A stretch of DNA of 64,000 bases from positions 12,049-76,048 of IMG/VR virus record IMGVR_UViG_3300028840_005153. One strand, written 5' to 3'. The notes beneath the pieces were generated by a model, which had not been told where the DNA came from, ran no database searches, and worked only from the letters and a program-made list of their open reading frames with translations. Source of the DNA: a virus. Of this stretch, positions 39,155 to 48,956 are shown one piece after another. Positions within the stretch are counted from its first letter, which is position 1. Each line of letters opens with the position of its first letter. A program made the position numbers and the translations under genes.

Positions 39155-41242
39155 ATGGGAATCATTTCTACCGTTCGTGATTTATTTACACGAAATATGG
39201 CATTCAGTGATGCTTATGTTGCAAAAATGGGACAGCCTAAATTTAAAAGCTGGAGCGTTCAAAAAGCAGTCAAAGACGGCTATATCGCTTCAGGATGGGT
39301 TTATCGTGCTGTCCGCCTTATTACTGATGCTGCCAGTTCCGTTCCATGGAAAGTAATGGGCGAAGATGGAGAGTATATCTCTGACCATCCTCTTCGAAGA
39401 CTTTTTAAATATCCTAATCCGCATATGTCTTCGCGCCAATTGATGCGGTTAATAATTTCATGGCTTGAACTGAGCGGGAATTCTTATCTTTATAAAAACA
39501 AAATAGGAATGTCTACGAAAGAGCTTTGGCCTATTTCTCCCGACCGGATTGCTCCAATGCCTTCAAAGACAATAGATGAATGGCTCAAAGGCTATGCCTT
39601 GGATGGGAAAAATGCTATCGCATATGAGCCAGAACAAATTATTCATCTAAAATTTATGGATCCTGGAGATCCTCTTCTTGGAATCTCTCCTCTGGAAGCG
39701 GCACGTCGCGCGGTAGATGTTGATGTGGATCAACAAGGATGGACGAAATCTGCGATGCAAAATCGCGGTGTTATGGATGGCATTTTTTCTTTTGAGAAAA
39801 CTTTCAAGAATATGAAAGAAGCGGATGAGGTAAGTGAACGATTAAATGAACGTTATGCAGGAAAGAAAAACGCAAGGAAGATCGGAGTAATTGGCGGAAA
39901 AGCAAGTTATAACAGGATAGGCATGACGGCTATTGAAATGGATTATATGAATAGTCGTAAATTTAACAGGGAAGAAATTCTTATCATCTTCGGCGTTCCG
40001 CCTATTTACGCTGGAGCAATGGAAAGATCAACATATAATAACTACACAACAAGTGAACTCGTTTTTTGGTTTTCTACTGTCATTCCTCTTCTGGATGACA
40101 TATCAGACATGCTTAGTTTTTCTCTTCAAGATGAATTGGCAGATGGAGAGAAAATAGCGGCAGATATTTCCCAGGTTCCTGCTATCCGTATGGCTATGGA
40201 AAAGAAAGCACAAACGGCAAAAGTCCTACATGATATGGGTGTTCCTTTCGAACAAATAAATCGCGTTTTCGAATTTGGTTTCGAAGAATTTGAAGGTTGG
40301 GATAAATCTCTTATTAATACTTCGACTAAAAATAAAAAGGAAGAAGTTAAAGAACTCATAGATACAAAGGAAGGTCGTGCAGCATTAGTGCAAATTATAA
40401 ATGCGGATGGTAATTTTATCAAAGCAAGTGAAAATGGAGTGCGCTCATTGCCGCTTGATTTAACTAATTCAATGCGTTCAATAAAAAAAATTAATAAGTT
40501 TACTCTCGTAGAAAAAAGAAATTTCGAAGATGAAACAATTGAAAGAGAAAGAATTATCAAAGAGGAGATAGCTCCTAAAATTATTAATATCTTCGAAGAC
40601 ACTCGTGATGAAATTGCAGAAAGCATGGCAAGGACGGGGACAGATAAAGTAAAAACGGCTCAAGCTATTATCTTCGACCATTCAAAAGATTTCGAAGATG
40701 TTTTGCGCGAAATCTATATGGATTTTGGTTTGAAATTTGGGAAAGATATTGTAGTTCAAAGACAAGAAATTTCGGATGAACTTGAAGCAATGCTTAATCA
40801 ATATTTAGATGAAGAAGCGGTTTTGTTCGAAGAAGTTTCTGCAATCAATAAAACTTCTTCGAGCCTCATTACGGATTTAATAGAAGATAGCCTTGAAAAT
40901 GGAATGTCCACAACGCAATTACAGCAAGCCATTATGGACGTTGGAGTTTTCTCTCCCGGTCGAGCTTTAACTATCGGTAGAACCTCACTTGGAACTGCTC
41001 AATCAATTGGGCAATGGCATTCCGCTTATCTTACTGGAGCAACTCATAAAACATGGATAACGGCAGTATTTGATGTCCGAGAAGAACATACCGAAAGAAG
41101 TGGAGAGAAAGTTAGGATCAGTGATACATTTTCTCCGAAATTTGGTATGTCTATCGGCCCTCGCTGGCCTTTAGATAATCGCTTGGTCGCGGCGGACAGG
41201 GTTAATTGCCGCTGTTCGATGAGCTTTAGCATAGAGGATTAA
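39155..41242 (+). CDS. Portal protein fused to MuF-like head morphogenesis domain
   Basis: HK97-type portal motifs (VYRAV..I....SSVP, PNP.MS, L.GNSY, IIH.K, G.SP, FGVPP); C-terminal KTW.....R..H....G, P.D....VNCRC. Confidence 0.88.
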   Translation: MGIISTVRDLFTRNMAFSDAYVAKMGQPKFKSWSVQKAVKDGYIASGWVYRAVRLITDAASSVPWKVMGEDGEYISDHPLRRLFKYPNPHMSSRQLMRLIISWLELSGNSYLYKNKIGMSTKELWPISPDRIAPMPSKTIDEWLKGYALDGKNAIAYEPEQIIHLKFMDPGDPLLGISPLEAARRAVDVDVDQQGWTKSAMQNRGVMDGIFSFEKTFKNMKEADEVSERLNERYAGKKNARKIGVIGGKASYNRIGMTAIEMDYMNSRKFNREEILIIFGVPPIYAGAMERSTYNNYTTSELVFWFSTVIPLLDDISDMLSFSLQDELADGEKIAADISQVPAIRMAMEKKAQTAKVLHDMGVPFEQINRVFEFGFEEFEGWDKSLINTSTKNKKEEVKELIDTKEGRAALVQIINADGNFIKASENGVRSLPLDLTNSMRSIKKINKFTLVEKRNFEDETIERERIIKEEIAPKIINIFEDTRDEIAESMARTGTDKVKTAQAIIFDHSKDFEDVLREIYMDFGLKFGKDIVVQRQEISDELEAMLNQYLDEEAVLFEEVSAINKTSSSLITDLIEDSLENGMSTTQLQQAIMDVGVFSPGRALTIGRTSLGTAQSIGQWHSAYLTGATHKTWITAVFDVREEHTERSGEKVRISDTFSPKFGMSIGPRWPLDNRLVAADRVNCRCSMSFSIED

Positions 41243-41272
41243 AAAAATCTTTTTAAAAGGAGAAGAAAAAAA

Positions 41273-42481
41273 ATGAAAAACAAAAAAGTATTGAATCGAA
41301 GTAAAGTTGTTGGAATTCGCGGTATGGAATTCCGCCCTATTGGGGAAGTGCGTTCAGTTATTGAAGAGGAAGGCATTGTTGAAGCTTACCTTACGAAATG
41401 GAATACTGTCGATTCATATAATTCTACTTTCAAGCGTGGTGCTTTCAAAAAGACTTTTAAGGAACGGCAAGGAAAGATCCGTCTTCTTTTTAATCATCAA
41501 ACACTTTGCGGGAAAGTCCTCGAAGCAAAAGAAGATTCAGTTGGTCCTTTTGTTCGTTGTCAATTCAATATGGATACTACTGCCGGGAAAGATGCTTTTG
41601 CTCATGTTCGCGCCGGAGATGTTGATGCTTTTTCTTTCGGTTTTAATGTTACCAAATCAGGAAAGCGTGAAGGTATAAGAGAAATTCAAGAAGTAATTTG
41701 TATGGAATGCGGTCCTGTTATCTTTCCGGCAAATGAAGAGGCTTCCATCGTTGCTTTCCGCACTTCACTGGAAGAAGCTGGACGCATTGTTATTGACCCT
41801 GATGAAGAGGAGGGAGGTGAAGAAGAAAGAGCAGAAGACTTTGATGATACACTCGAAGATAATCTTCTTATGGGAATGGGATGGCGTTTGATTACTGCGC
41901 TTGATGAAACGCTTGATTCGTGTTGGTGGAATAGCTCTGATTCTGATGAAGTAATTTCAAAGTTGGATGAAGCAATTGCAAAGTTTCAATCTTCTTATCT
42001 TCAGTGGGCGAGAGATTTTACTTCTCGTTTCTGGGATGGTGAATCGCGCAGTTTTCCTTCGACAAACATGCTTATCAGCATGATGAGTAAATATGGCGGC
42101 GATCTGGAAGATATTGCCAAACGTACAAGTTTTAAAATCGAAGAACTCGAAGAATTGCGTCATGGCAATATTCTACCCATTGAAAGCCGAAGTAAACTGG
42201 CAGAATTGCCTCAACCTGTATCCGACGCGCACCATCAGCGTCGCTGTGAAAAGATCGAAGAATTGTGCACTGAATTTCGTGCACGAGGTTTCAGCAAAGT
42301 AGAAAAAATGCGATTCGGCGCTTTGCTTGGCTTAACCACAATCGAAGATGTTCGTTCTAACCCGGAAGAGATCGATGATGAAGCTGCTTCAGAATTGCGC
42401 AATCTTTGCGAAACCCTGGAAAACTTTTCTTTTACCACTCACAAAAAAGAAAAAGAAAACACTCCTGATCCGGAGAAGTAA
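41273..42481 (+). CDS. HK97-type prohead protease with long C-terminal extension
   Basis: D.Y...F..GAF, LLFNH, FSFGF, E..PV.FPANEEA. Confidence 0.85.
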   Translation: MKNKKVLNRSKVVGIRGMEFRPIGEVRSVIEEEGIVEAYLTKWNTVDSYNSTFKRGAFKKTFKERQGKIRLLFNHQTLCGKVLEAKEDSVGPFVRCQFNMDTTAGKDAFAHVRAGDVDAFSFGFNVTKSGKREGIREIQEVICMECGPVIFPANEEASIVAFRTSLEEAGRIVIDPDEEEGGEEERAEDFDDTLEDNLLMGMGWRLITALDETLDSCWWNSSDSDEVISKLDEAIAKFQSSYLQWARDFTSRFWDGESRSFPSTNMLISMMSKYGGDLEDIAKRTSFKIEELEELRHGNILPIESRSKLAELPQPVSDAHHQRRCEKIEELCTEFRARGFSKVEKMRFGALLGLTTIEDVRSNPEEIDDEAASELRNLCETLENFSFTTHKKEKENTPDPEK

Positions 42482-42592
42482 TTACTTCCACCAATCGGAG
42501 CCGTTTCATTTTCAATTTTGCTGAGCCGGCAGGAAAGTTTTTACAACAACCAAACCAAACTAAATCATTTTTTTTAAAAGGAGAAGTAAAAC

Positions 42593-43795
42593 ATGAAAGA
42601 AGAAATTCGCAAACTTACCGATTCCATCAATAAGCAGTTCACCGAGTACCGTGAAGTAAACGATCAGCGGCTCGAAGAACTCGAAACCCGAACTCAGGCA
42701 ACTGCCGAAACCACCGAAAAATTGACAAAGATTGAATCTGATCTTACCGAGACGCGTGAGCAGCTTACTGAGGCTCTGAAGAAAATGAATCGGCCGAAAG
42801 TTGAAACGCGTGAAGGCAAGGTAGAAGAAGTTACCGAAGAGGAATTGGAGCGTCGTAGTGCTTTCATTTCTTATCTTCGTCATGGTCTCGAAGACATGCA
42901 GGTCGAAGAAAAACGCGCTTTGTCTTCGGCTTCCGATGCGGATGGTGGCTTCCTGGTGCCTCCTTCTTTCGAATCCGGCATCATCATGAACGCTTACGAT
43001 CTGGCGGAATTCCGGCCCCTCGCGCAAGTTGGCACCACCGGAAGGGATATGGTTTACCTTGGTGCTTTGAGTAAACCTTCCGTTGCATGGGGTCGCGCAA
43101 ATTTGGCCGTTTCGGCAGGGGATCTTACTGCCGGAGCGCGTCGCTTGGCGATTCATGATCTTCGAGCGCTCGTTCTTATTCATAATAATACTCTGGATGA
43201 TTCCGATGCAAATATTATCGGAGAAATTCAAGACGCTTTCGGTCGTGCATGTGCGGAAGCAGAAGATGATGCGTTCCTGGTTGGAGCAGGTGATGACAAC
43301 CCGATGGGTGTCATGCAGAATACTACCGTTCAGGCCAACTATGCCGCTTCCGGTGTTGCTGCTGCCCTTTACGATTCCAGCAATAATGGCATTGATGCTT
43401 TGATTACTTGCTATTACAAAATCAAGAAGACTTACCGAAAAAATGGTACTTTCTTCTTCAATAGCAATACGGAAGCAGTTATTCGAAAGCTGAAAGATAG
43501 CGATGGTCGTTATCTGTGGCAGCCTCCTGTCCTTGCAGGTGATCCGCCTACTCTCCTTGGAAAACCTGTTATTAATCCAGAAGGCATGGCTGATATTGCT
43601 GCTGGAGCTTTCCCCATTGGTTTCGGAGATATTCGTGCAGGATACAAAATCCGTGACCGGCAAGGCCTCGTGGTTACTCGTCTTCCGGAGCGTTATGCGG
43701 AATACGATCAGACAGGCTTCATTGTGAAGAAACGTGTCGGTGGCATGGTTACTTTGGCCGAAGCCTTTGCTTGTGTGAAGATCGCCGCGAGCTAA
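42593..43795 (+). CDS. Major capsid protein (HK97 fold)
   Basis: Coiled-coil delta domain, DGGFLVP, E..AFL.G.G...P.G, LKD.DGRYLWQP, LLGKPV, FGD. Confidence 0.95.
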   Translation: MKEEIRKLTDSINKQFTEYREVNDQRLEELETRTQATAETTEKLTKIESDLTETREQLTEALKKMNRPKVETREGKVEEVTEEELERRSAFISYLRHGLEDMQVEEKRALSSASDADGGFLVPPSFESGIIMNAYDLAEFRPLAQVGTTGRDMVYLGALSKPSVAWGRANLAVSAGDLTAGARRLAIHDLRALVLIHNNTLDDSDANIIGEIQDAFGRACAEAEDDAFLVGAGDDNPMGVMQNTTVQANYAASGVAAALYDSSNNGIDALITCYYKIKKTYRKNGTFFFNSNTEAVIRKLKDSDGRYLWQPPVLAGDPPTLLGKPVINPEGMADIAAGAFPIGFGDIRAGYKIRDRQGLVVTRLPERYAEYDQTGFIVKKRVGGMVTLAEAFACVKIAAS

Positions 43796-43911
43796 ATCCA
43801 GTATTGGTAATGGTTAACGGGAAGACTTTGGTTTTACTTTCCTCTTCCCGTTGTTTAAAATAATCTTTCAAATAATCTTCTATCAAACATTTTAAAAAGG
43901 AGAAGTAAATC

Positions 43912-44283
43912 ATGAAAATGGATCTTGCGAATTATACTTTCGCCGAAGCGATCGCTGCTGCTTCCAAAACTGCTGCTGCTTATAATGGTACGACCGTTGA
44001 TCATAAAAATGGTCCGGCGGCAGCTTTTATTCTCAACGTTGGAACGTTTGCTACTTCCTGCGTTATGAAATTGCAATACTCTGAAAACGACAGTGATTGG
44101 ACTGATGAACCGGACACTACTGCCGGGAATACTGTCAGCGTTACTTTGACAACTGCCGGAACGGGCATTGTCTACGTTCCAAATCCGCGCGCTCGTTATT
44201 CCCGCGTGGTTCTTACTCTTGGAGGCACTTCGGTTGTTTCGGTTGTTTCTGCTGTTGGACCGAAACCTTCGGTTGGCCCGTAA
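43912..44283 (+). CDS. Putative capsid decoration protein
   Basis: Small Ala/Thr-rich protein immediately after the capsid gene; strong RBS. Confidence 0.55.
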   Translation: MKMDLANYTFAEAIAAASKTAAAYNGTTVDHKNGPAAAFILNVGTFATSCVMKLQYSENDSDWTDEPDTTAGNTVSVTLTTAGTGIVYVPNPRARYSRVVLTLGGTSVVSVVSAVGPKPSVGP

Positions 44284-44412
44284 GAAGTAAATTGAGTTTC
44301 CCGTGTCCAAGTGTTTAACCCTTCCTCCTTGGGAACACGGGACGGCGTCCGAGCGTTTGCCTCGGCGCTCGGACGCCATTTACTTCTTCAGAGGTAGATA
44401 AGGGAGAAAATC

Positions 44413-44841
44413 ATGCCAGAAGATTTCGGGCCTCAAAAGATTAGTGTTAAGATGTTGAAAACTATGCCTGGAAGTGAAGACGGTTGCGAAGTAAAAATCT
44501 ATGAAGAGGGACAGTATTACTTCATGGATAGAAGTTTGGCAAATGTCTTTATTGAAAATGAATGGGCTCAACGTCGAGTGCGTAAACTTGAAAGGGTTGA
44601 AAAGGAAAAAGCAGAAGCAATAATCGAAGTAAAAGAAGAAAAGCCGAAAGAAGAAAACCTTTCAAAACCACCTTCAATTCAGGATTCAAAACCTCGCGAA
44701 TGGATTGGACGCACTTTGAGAGCCGTTGAAACAGGCGAATTAAAAATGGTTGAATCGGCAAGGGGAAACCAAATTTTCTTCGAAGGCGAAGATGAAGGGG
44801 TTGACTATCGAACGGTTCGGAAAACAATGGAGGCAATTTAA
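44413..44841 (+). CDS. Hypothetical protein
   Basis: ORF in head-tail region. Confidence 0.5.
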   Translation: MPEDFGPQKISVKMLKTMPGSEDGCEVKIYEEGQYYFMDRSLANVFIENEWAQRRVRKLERVEKEKAEAIIEVKEEKPKEENLSKPPSIQDSKPREWIGRTLRAVETGELKMVESARGNQIFFEGEDEGVDYRTVRKTMEAI

Positions 44842-44844
44842 AAA

Positions 44845-45405
44845 ATGACTCTCGAACTCGTTACTTTCAATAAAGTTAAAGATTTCCTTCAACTTGAGAG
44901 AGAGGAGAGTAGTTATCCAGAATTAGCTATCATTGCGCCTTCGGTTGTTTCAGCGATAGAAAATTTTATTGGAAGATTTTTAGAACAAAAGGAAAGAACC
45001 GAAGAGTTTTTAATTGGAAGTATTGCTACCCGTTTCATTGATTTAAAAGGCATTCCAATTGTTTCCGTTTCTTCTGCTTCAGTTACTGAATTGGGAGATA
45101 GTGATACGCTTACTGAAAATGAAGACTTTATAATTTCAAACGGTGGCATTGAATTACTTTATACTTCCTTTAAAAGATGCAAAGTTTCCGTTACTTATAC
45201 TGGAGGTTATGCTGCCGATAATGTTCCAGAAGATATTCAAAGGGCGGCATTACTTCAGACAGTTTATGAGTATCAATCAAAAGATTATGTTGGGGCAAGT
45301 TCAGTTACAACTGAAGGTGGTTCAATTCAACGCCCTCCAATTGGTTTGTTGAAAGAGGTTCGAAGACTTTTGGATAACTACAAGCATCCGGCGCAAATAG
45401 TATGA
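44845..45405 (+). CDS. Head-tail adaptor (gp6/gp15-like)
   Basis: LVT..VKDFL, IENFIGR, VTYTGGY...VPEDI..A, V..LLD.YK. Confidence 0.8.
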   Translation: MTLELVTFNKVKDFLQLEREESSYPELAIIAPSVVSAIENFIGRFLEQKERTEEFLIGSIATRFIDLKGIPIVSVSSASVTELGDSDTLTENEDFIISNGGIELLYTSFKRCKVSVTYTGGYAADNVPEDIQRAALLQTVYEYQSKDYVGASSVTTEGGSIQRPPIGLLKEVRRLLDNYKHPAQIV

Positions 45406-45995
45406 TACAAGCGGAAATTAAAAATCTTCGAGAGATCGATGAGTATTTGGATACACTTCCAGAGGAAACCCTTGGAGATGTTAAAAGGGTTTTTGGAAAG
45501 TATATTCTAAAGGCTCACGCTATTGTTCAAAGAAATACTAAATGGAGGTTAACGAAAAGAACAGGTGCCTTATCAAGAAGTATTCAAACTCAAGTTAGTG
45601 GCACAAGCCTAAAAGATGTCAATGCTTCTATTTTTTCAAAATTCAAAGTAGGTGGTGCGGAAGTAATTTATGCGCCAATTCATGAATATGGCGGAACAAT
45701 CAATGCGATAAATAAATACGTGAGAGTTCCTGGTGGCCCATATTTAAATATTCCAACCGCTTCAAATAAAACTCCGGCTGGAGTTATGATTCTTTCGGCA
45801 AGGGAAGTATTTATGGCGACCGGTTATGTTCGAAGAACAAGCACAGGAAAGTATGGAGTTTTCATTATGAATACAATGATGTTTGTTCTTGTAAAAAGAG
45901 TTCATATCCCACCTCGTCTTGGAATGCGAACGGCAGTAGATCGGCAAATTTCTCCGATGCTTAGGGAATTGGTCGACACAATAGGAGAAGAGTAA
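45402..45995 (+). CDS. Neck/tail completion protein
   Basis: RTG.L.RSI, YA.IHEYGG.I, V.IPPR. Confidence 0.7.
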   Translation: MIQAEIKNLREIDEYLDTLPEETLGDVKRVFGKYILKAHAIVQRNTKWRLTKRTGALSRSIQTQVSGTSLKDVNASIFSKFKVGGAEVIYAPIHEYGGTINAINKYVRVPGGPYLNIPTASNKTPAGVMILSAREVFMATGYVRRTSTGKYGVFIMNTMMFVLVKRVHIPPRLGMRTAVDRQISPMLRELVDTIGEE

Positions 45996-46492
45996 TGGGC
46001 GATACACTTGTTACAACAATCCTTGACGAAATAGAAAATCGCCTTGGAAACATTACTACTGCAAATGGTTATTTTTCTTCCGTTGATGGCGTTATCGATC
46101 GTGGGAAATTAACGCCTTGGGATGGGAAAGACCTTCCAGCGATAAACCTTTGGTCGACTGGTTTTGATAACGGAAGATCAGAGTATGGAGATGAATTAAG
46201 ACAGATCAAAGTATATATTGAAATTCATGATAAAACTCGTGATGAAAATTTTGTAGATGTTGCCAATAAACTCGCGGCCGATGTAGTCACGGCAATATGC
46301 CGTTCAACTGCCGCTCCAAAAGTTTCAGATGATCCTTCTCATGATCTTGGAAGTATAGTCGAAGATATACTTCTTGATGCTGTAGATATGATAATTGGAG
46401 AAGGGCAAGCACCCTTTTGTGGAGCACTCTGCCGCTTTACAGTAACAGTTCGCGCAAGTCTTATGGACATGTTTAACATAGTAAACATATGA
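45995..46492 (+). CDS. Tail terminator-like protein
   Basis: I...L..IT.ANGY, LPAI; gene position. Confidence 0.6.
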   Translation: MGDTLVTTILDEIENRLGNITTANGYFSSVDGVIDRGKLTPWDGKDLPAINLWSTGFDNGRSEYGDELRQIKVYIEIHDKTRDENFVDVANKLAADVVTAICRSTAAPKVSDDPSHDLGSIVEDILLDAVDMIIGEGQAPFCGALCRFTVTVRASLMDMFNIVNI

Positions 46493-46697
46493 TAAAATAC
46501 GGCACGATGCTTACTTACCCTCCTCTTCAAAAGGAAAGACTTTATCGAATTTTAAAGGGACAGTATTGCGGAGGAGTAATTACGAATAGGGAAGATATTG
46601 TTGTTCGAACTGCGCCATGCTTTTTTTATATGGTAGGAATAAAAATTAAATTTATCGAGGCCTATAAAATAACCCGAGTAATAAAAAGGAGGAAGGG

Positions 46698-47900
46698 ATG
46701 GGAAAGAAAAAAGCGAAACAAATTAAACTTTCGGTGTGCATGATTGTCAAAGATGAAGAAAAGAATTTACCTCGTTGCCTTCAAAGTTTTATGCCCATCA
46801 ATAGTTTTTGTGATCAATTGATAGTGGTTGATACTGGAAGTAAAGATTCAACAATCGATATTGCTAAAAGCTATGGAGCAGAGATTCATCATCTTCATTT
46901 GGAAGAATGGAATTTTTCAAAAGCAAGAAATCATTCAATATCTTTCGCAAAAAATGACTGGATTCTTATTATTGATGCAGATGAAGAAGTTATTGGTGAA
47001 GTACATGAATTTCGTAAATTGAAAAAAGAATTGGCGAGCCTTAAAAATATTCATGCTGTAAGTCTTCGTTTAGTAGATATGATAAGTGGTAAACCACCTA
47101 TGAATGCAAATTCTCTTCGATTGTTTCGAAGAAATTATATTCATTATGAAGATATTGTTCATAACCGTCCGGTTGTTAGTGGCGGCAATCGGGCGATTGC
47201 ATATTCTGGAAATTTACATATAAAACATTATGGCTACGATTTATCTCCAGAAGAAATGAAAGGAAAATACAATCGTACTGTAAGTCTTCTGAAGAGGAGA
47301 TTGGAAAAAGATCCAGAAGATATTCAAGCATATTTTTACCTAAGTCAAGTTTATGGTTTTTACAATGATGAAGAAAATTGCCTCAAATGCAGTCGGCTTT
47401 ATTTGGAAGGCGTTAAACGGCAAAAGTTGGAAAGGAAAGATATTAATGAATCTGTATATGCTTTGATAATAAATATGCTAATCAAGAAAGGAGAGATGAG
47501 AGAAGCATTTCAATATTTAATTCAGGCAATAACTTTGATGCCGCTTGATTTAGACATCGCCTACGCTCAAATACTTTATGGAGTTAGAGCAGATGACCAT
47601 TTCCAAATACTCACTGGAGTTTATAGATTTATTCAAAATTACGAAAACTTTAATAGTGAAGAAAATGTTGTTGATAGAGGAAGCCGTTTTGTTTTTAATT
47701 ATACTAACCATCATCTTGGAATGGTGCTTTACTACGGAAGTCATTTCTTCATGCATTATGGTATGAATTGCCTTCAGGCATTTGATAATATTTTAACGCA
47801 AACCAACTCCCTTAAAGAGGAAGAAAAGTCTTTGAAGGAGAGTTTGCTTGAAATAGGAATTAACTGGACACGTAAACAACATCAAACAAAGGAGAAGTAA
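46698..47900 (+). CDS. GT2 glycosyltransferase with TPR-like C-terminus
   Basis: LSVCMIVKDEE..L.RCL.S, VVDTGS.D.T..IA, FSKARN, WIL.IDADE, VH, I.HYGY. Confidence 0.9.
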   Translation: MGKKKAKQIKLSVCMIVKDEEKNLPRCLQSFMPINSFCDQLIVVDTGSKDSTIDIAKSYGAEIHHLHLEEWNFSKARNHSISFAKNDWILIIDADEEVIGEVHEFRKLKKELASLKNIHAVSLRLVDMISGKPPMNANSLRLFRRNYIHYEDIVHNRPVVSGGNRAIAYSGNLHIKHYGYDLSPEEMKGKYNRTVSLLKRRLEKDPEDIQAYFYLSQVYGFYNDEENCLKCSRLYLEGVKRQKLERKDINESVYALIINMLIKKGEMREAFQYLIQAITLMPLDLDIAYAQILYGVRADDHFQILTGVYRFIQNYENFNSEENVVDRGSRFVFNYTNHHLGMVLYYGSHFFMHYGMNCLQAFDNILTQTNSLKEEEKSLKESLLEIGINWTRKQHQTKEK

Positions 47901-47902
47901 AA

Positions 47903-48928
47903 ATGGCTCAATCTAAAAATGCTTTGATTCAGATTGAAACCGGTCAAAACCTTGTAGCTTCCCAGGCGATGTCCGATTCCGGAGATCAAACAGTATTTAA
48001 TGTTTCCGGCGGAACTATCTTTTCTGGGAAATCCGGTTATTCTGCTTCGGTTAAACCGAACGGCATTGTTACCGGATCAAATCTTCTTTCAACTCATGCC
48101 AGTAACGATACCGTTACTATCGCCGCTTTTACTGCTTATTCGAAAGGAGTATTGCAATCTGTAAGCGCGACCACTGGAACCATTACGAGGCCTACAACTG
48201 ATAATCTTTCACAAGTTTTTTCTGTGACAATGGCTTCTGATGGTTCTATTGAAACGGTTGAAGGCACTATCGGTACGGATACCAATTTCTCTGAAACTCG
48301 TGGTGTCGCCGGTGGACCACCTCTTATCCCTGTCAATTCGGTAGAAATTGGTCAGGTGCGAATTATTTCCAATACGGCAGCTACTATTACTACAGATGAA
48401 ATCAAACAGGTTCCTTCTGTTCATACTGAAATTTCTACTTATCCAAATTGGACTGTCAATAATATCGGCGAAGGAAGTAATGCTTCTGCTTCCGCGAAGA
48501 AAAATGCTTTTGTAGAATTTGATTCAGCTCTTCCTAATGACCATGTTGGTAGCATTCCTAAAAGTGTTTACATTGAATATTATTCGCCGATTTTTTCTTC
48601 TTTGCAATTGTCGAAAGAATTTGTTCCGGTTGAAAATTCTCATTCTGTCTCTTCAGAAGAGTTTTATGGGAATAAATCAATTGCTTCGGTTTCGTCTTCT
48701 ATCGGGCAGGGTTCTTTTCAGGTTGTTGCCAGTGATGGTATCACTGATACGCTTGTCAGAGAAAAAGATGAAATCCTTACTGTCAAATTCTTTCAGGATC
48801 GTAACAAGGCTCCTTACCTTCTCACTCAGGGAACCGTTGGCTTGTCTCGTTCTTTCCCTGTTGACGGTCAGGCAATGATTAATGCGACAATTTCTTCGGA
48901 AGTAATTTCTGCTGAATTTTCCAGCTAA
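47903..48928 (+). CDS. Putative major tail tube protein
   Basis: Ser/Thr-rich; strong RBS; directly upstream of chaperone and tape measure. Confidence 0.6.
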   Translation: MAQSKNALIQIETGQNLVASQAMSDSGDQTVFNVSGGTIFSGKSGYSASVKPNGIVTGSNLLSTHASNDTVTIAAFTAYSKGVLQSVSATTGTITRPTTDNLSQVFSVTMASDGSIETVEGTIGTDTNFSETRGVAGGPPLIPVNSVEIGQVRIISNTAATITTDEIKQVPSVHTEISTYPNWTVNNIGEGSNASASAKKNAFVEFDSALPNDHVGSIPKSVYIEYYSPIFSSLQLSKEFVPVENSHSVSSEEFYGNKSIASVSSSIGQGSFQVVASDGITDTLVREKDEILTVKFFQDRNKAPYLLTQGTVGLSRSFPVDGQAMINATISSEVISAEFSS

Positions 48929-48956
48929 TAATTAAATTCCCAAGGAGGGACGAGGC

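Noticed and set aside
39087-39356. ORF overlapping the portal start
   Set aside because: TTG start, no RBS, and out-of-frame overlap with the portal gene.
42560-43663. 367-aa minus-strand ORF, and similar ones such as 15133..15918 and 1940..2434
   Set aside because: Antisense shadows of well-supported + strand genes, with no recognisable motifs.
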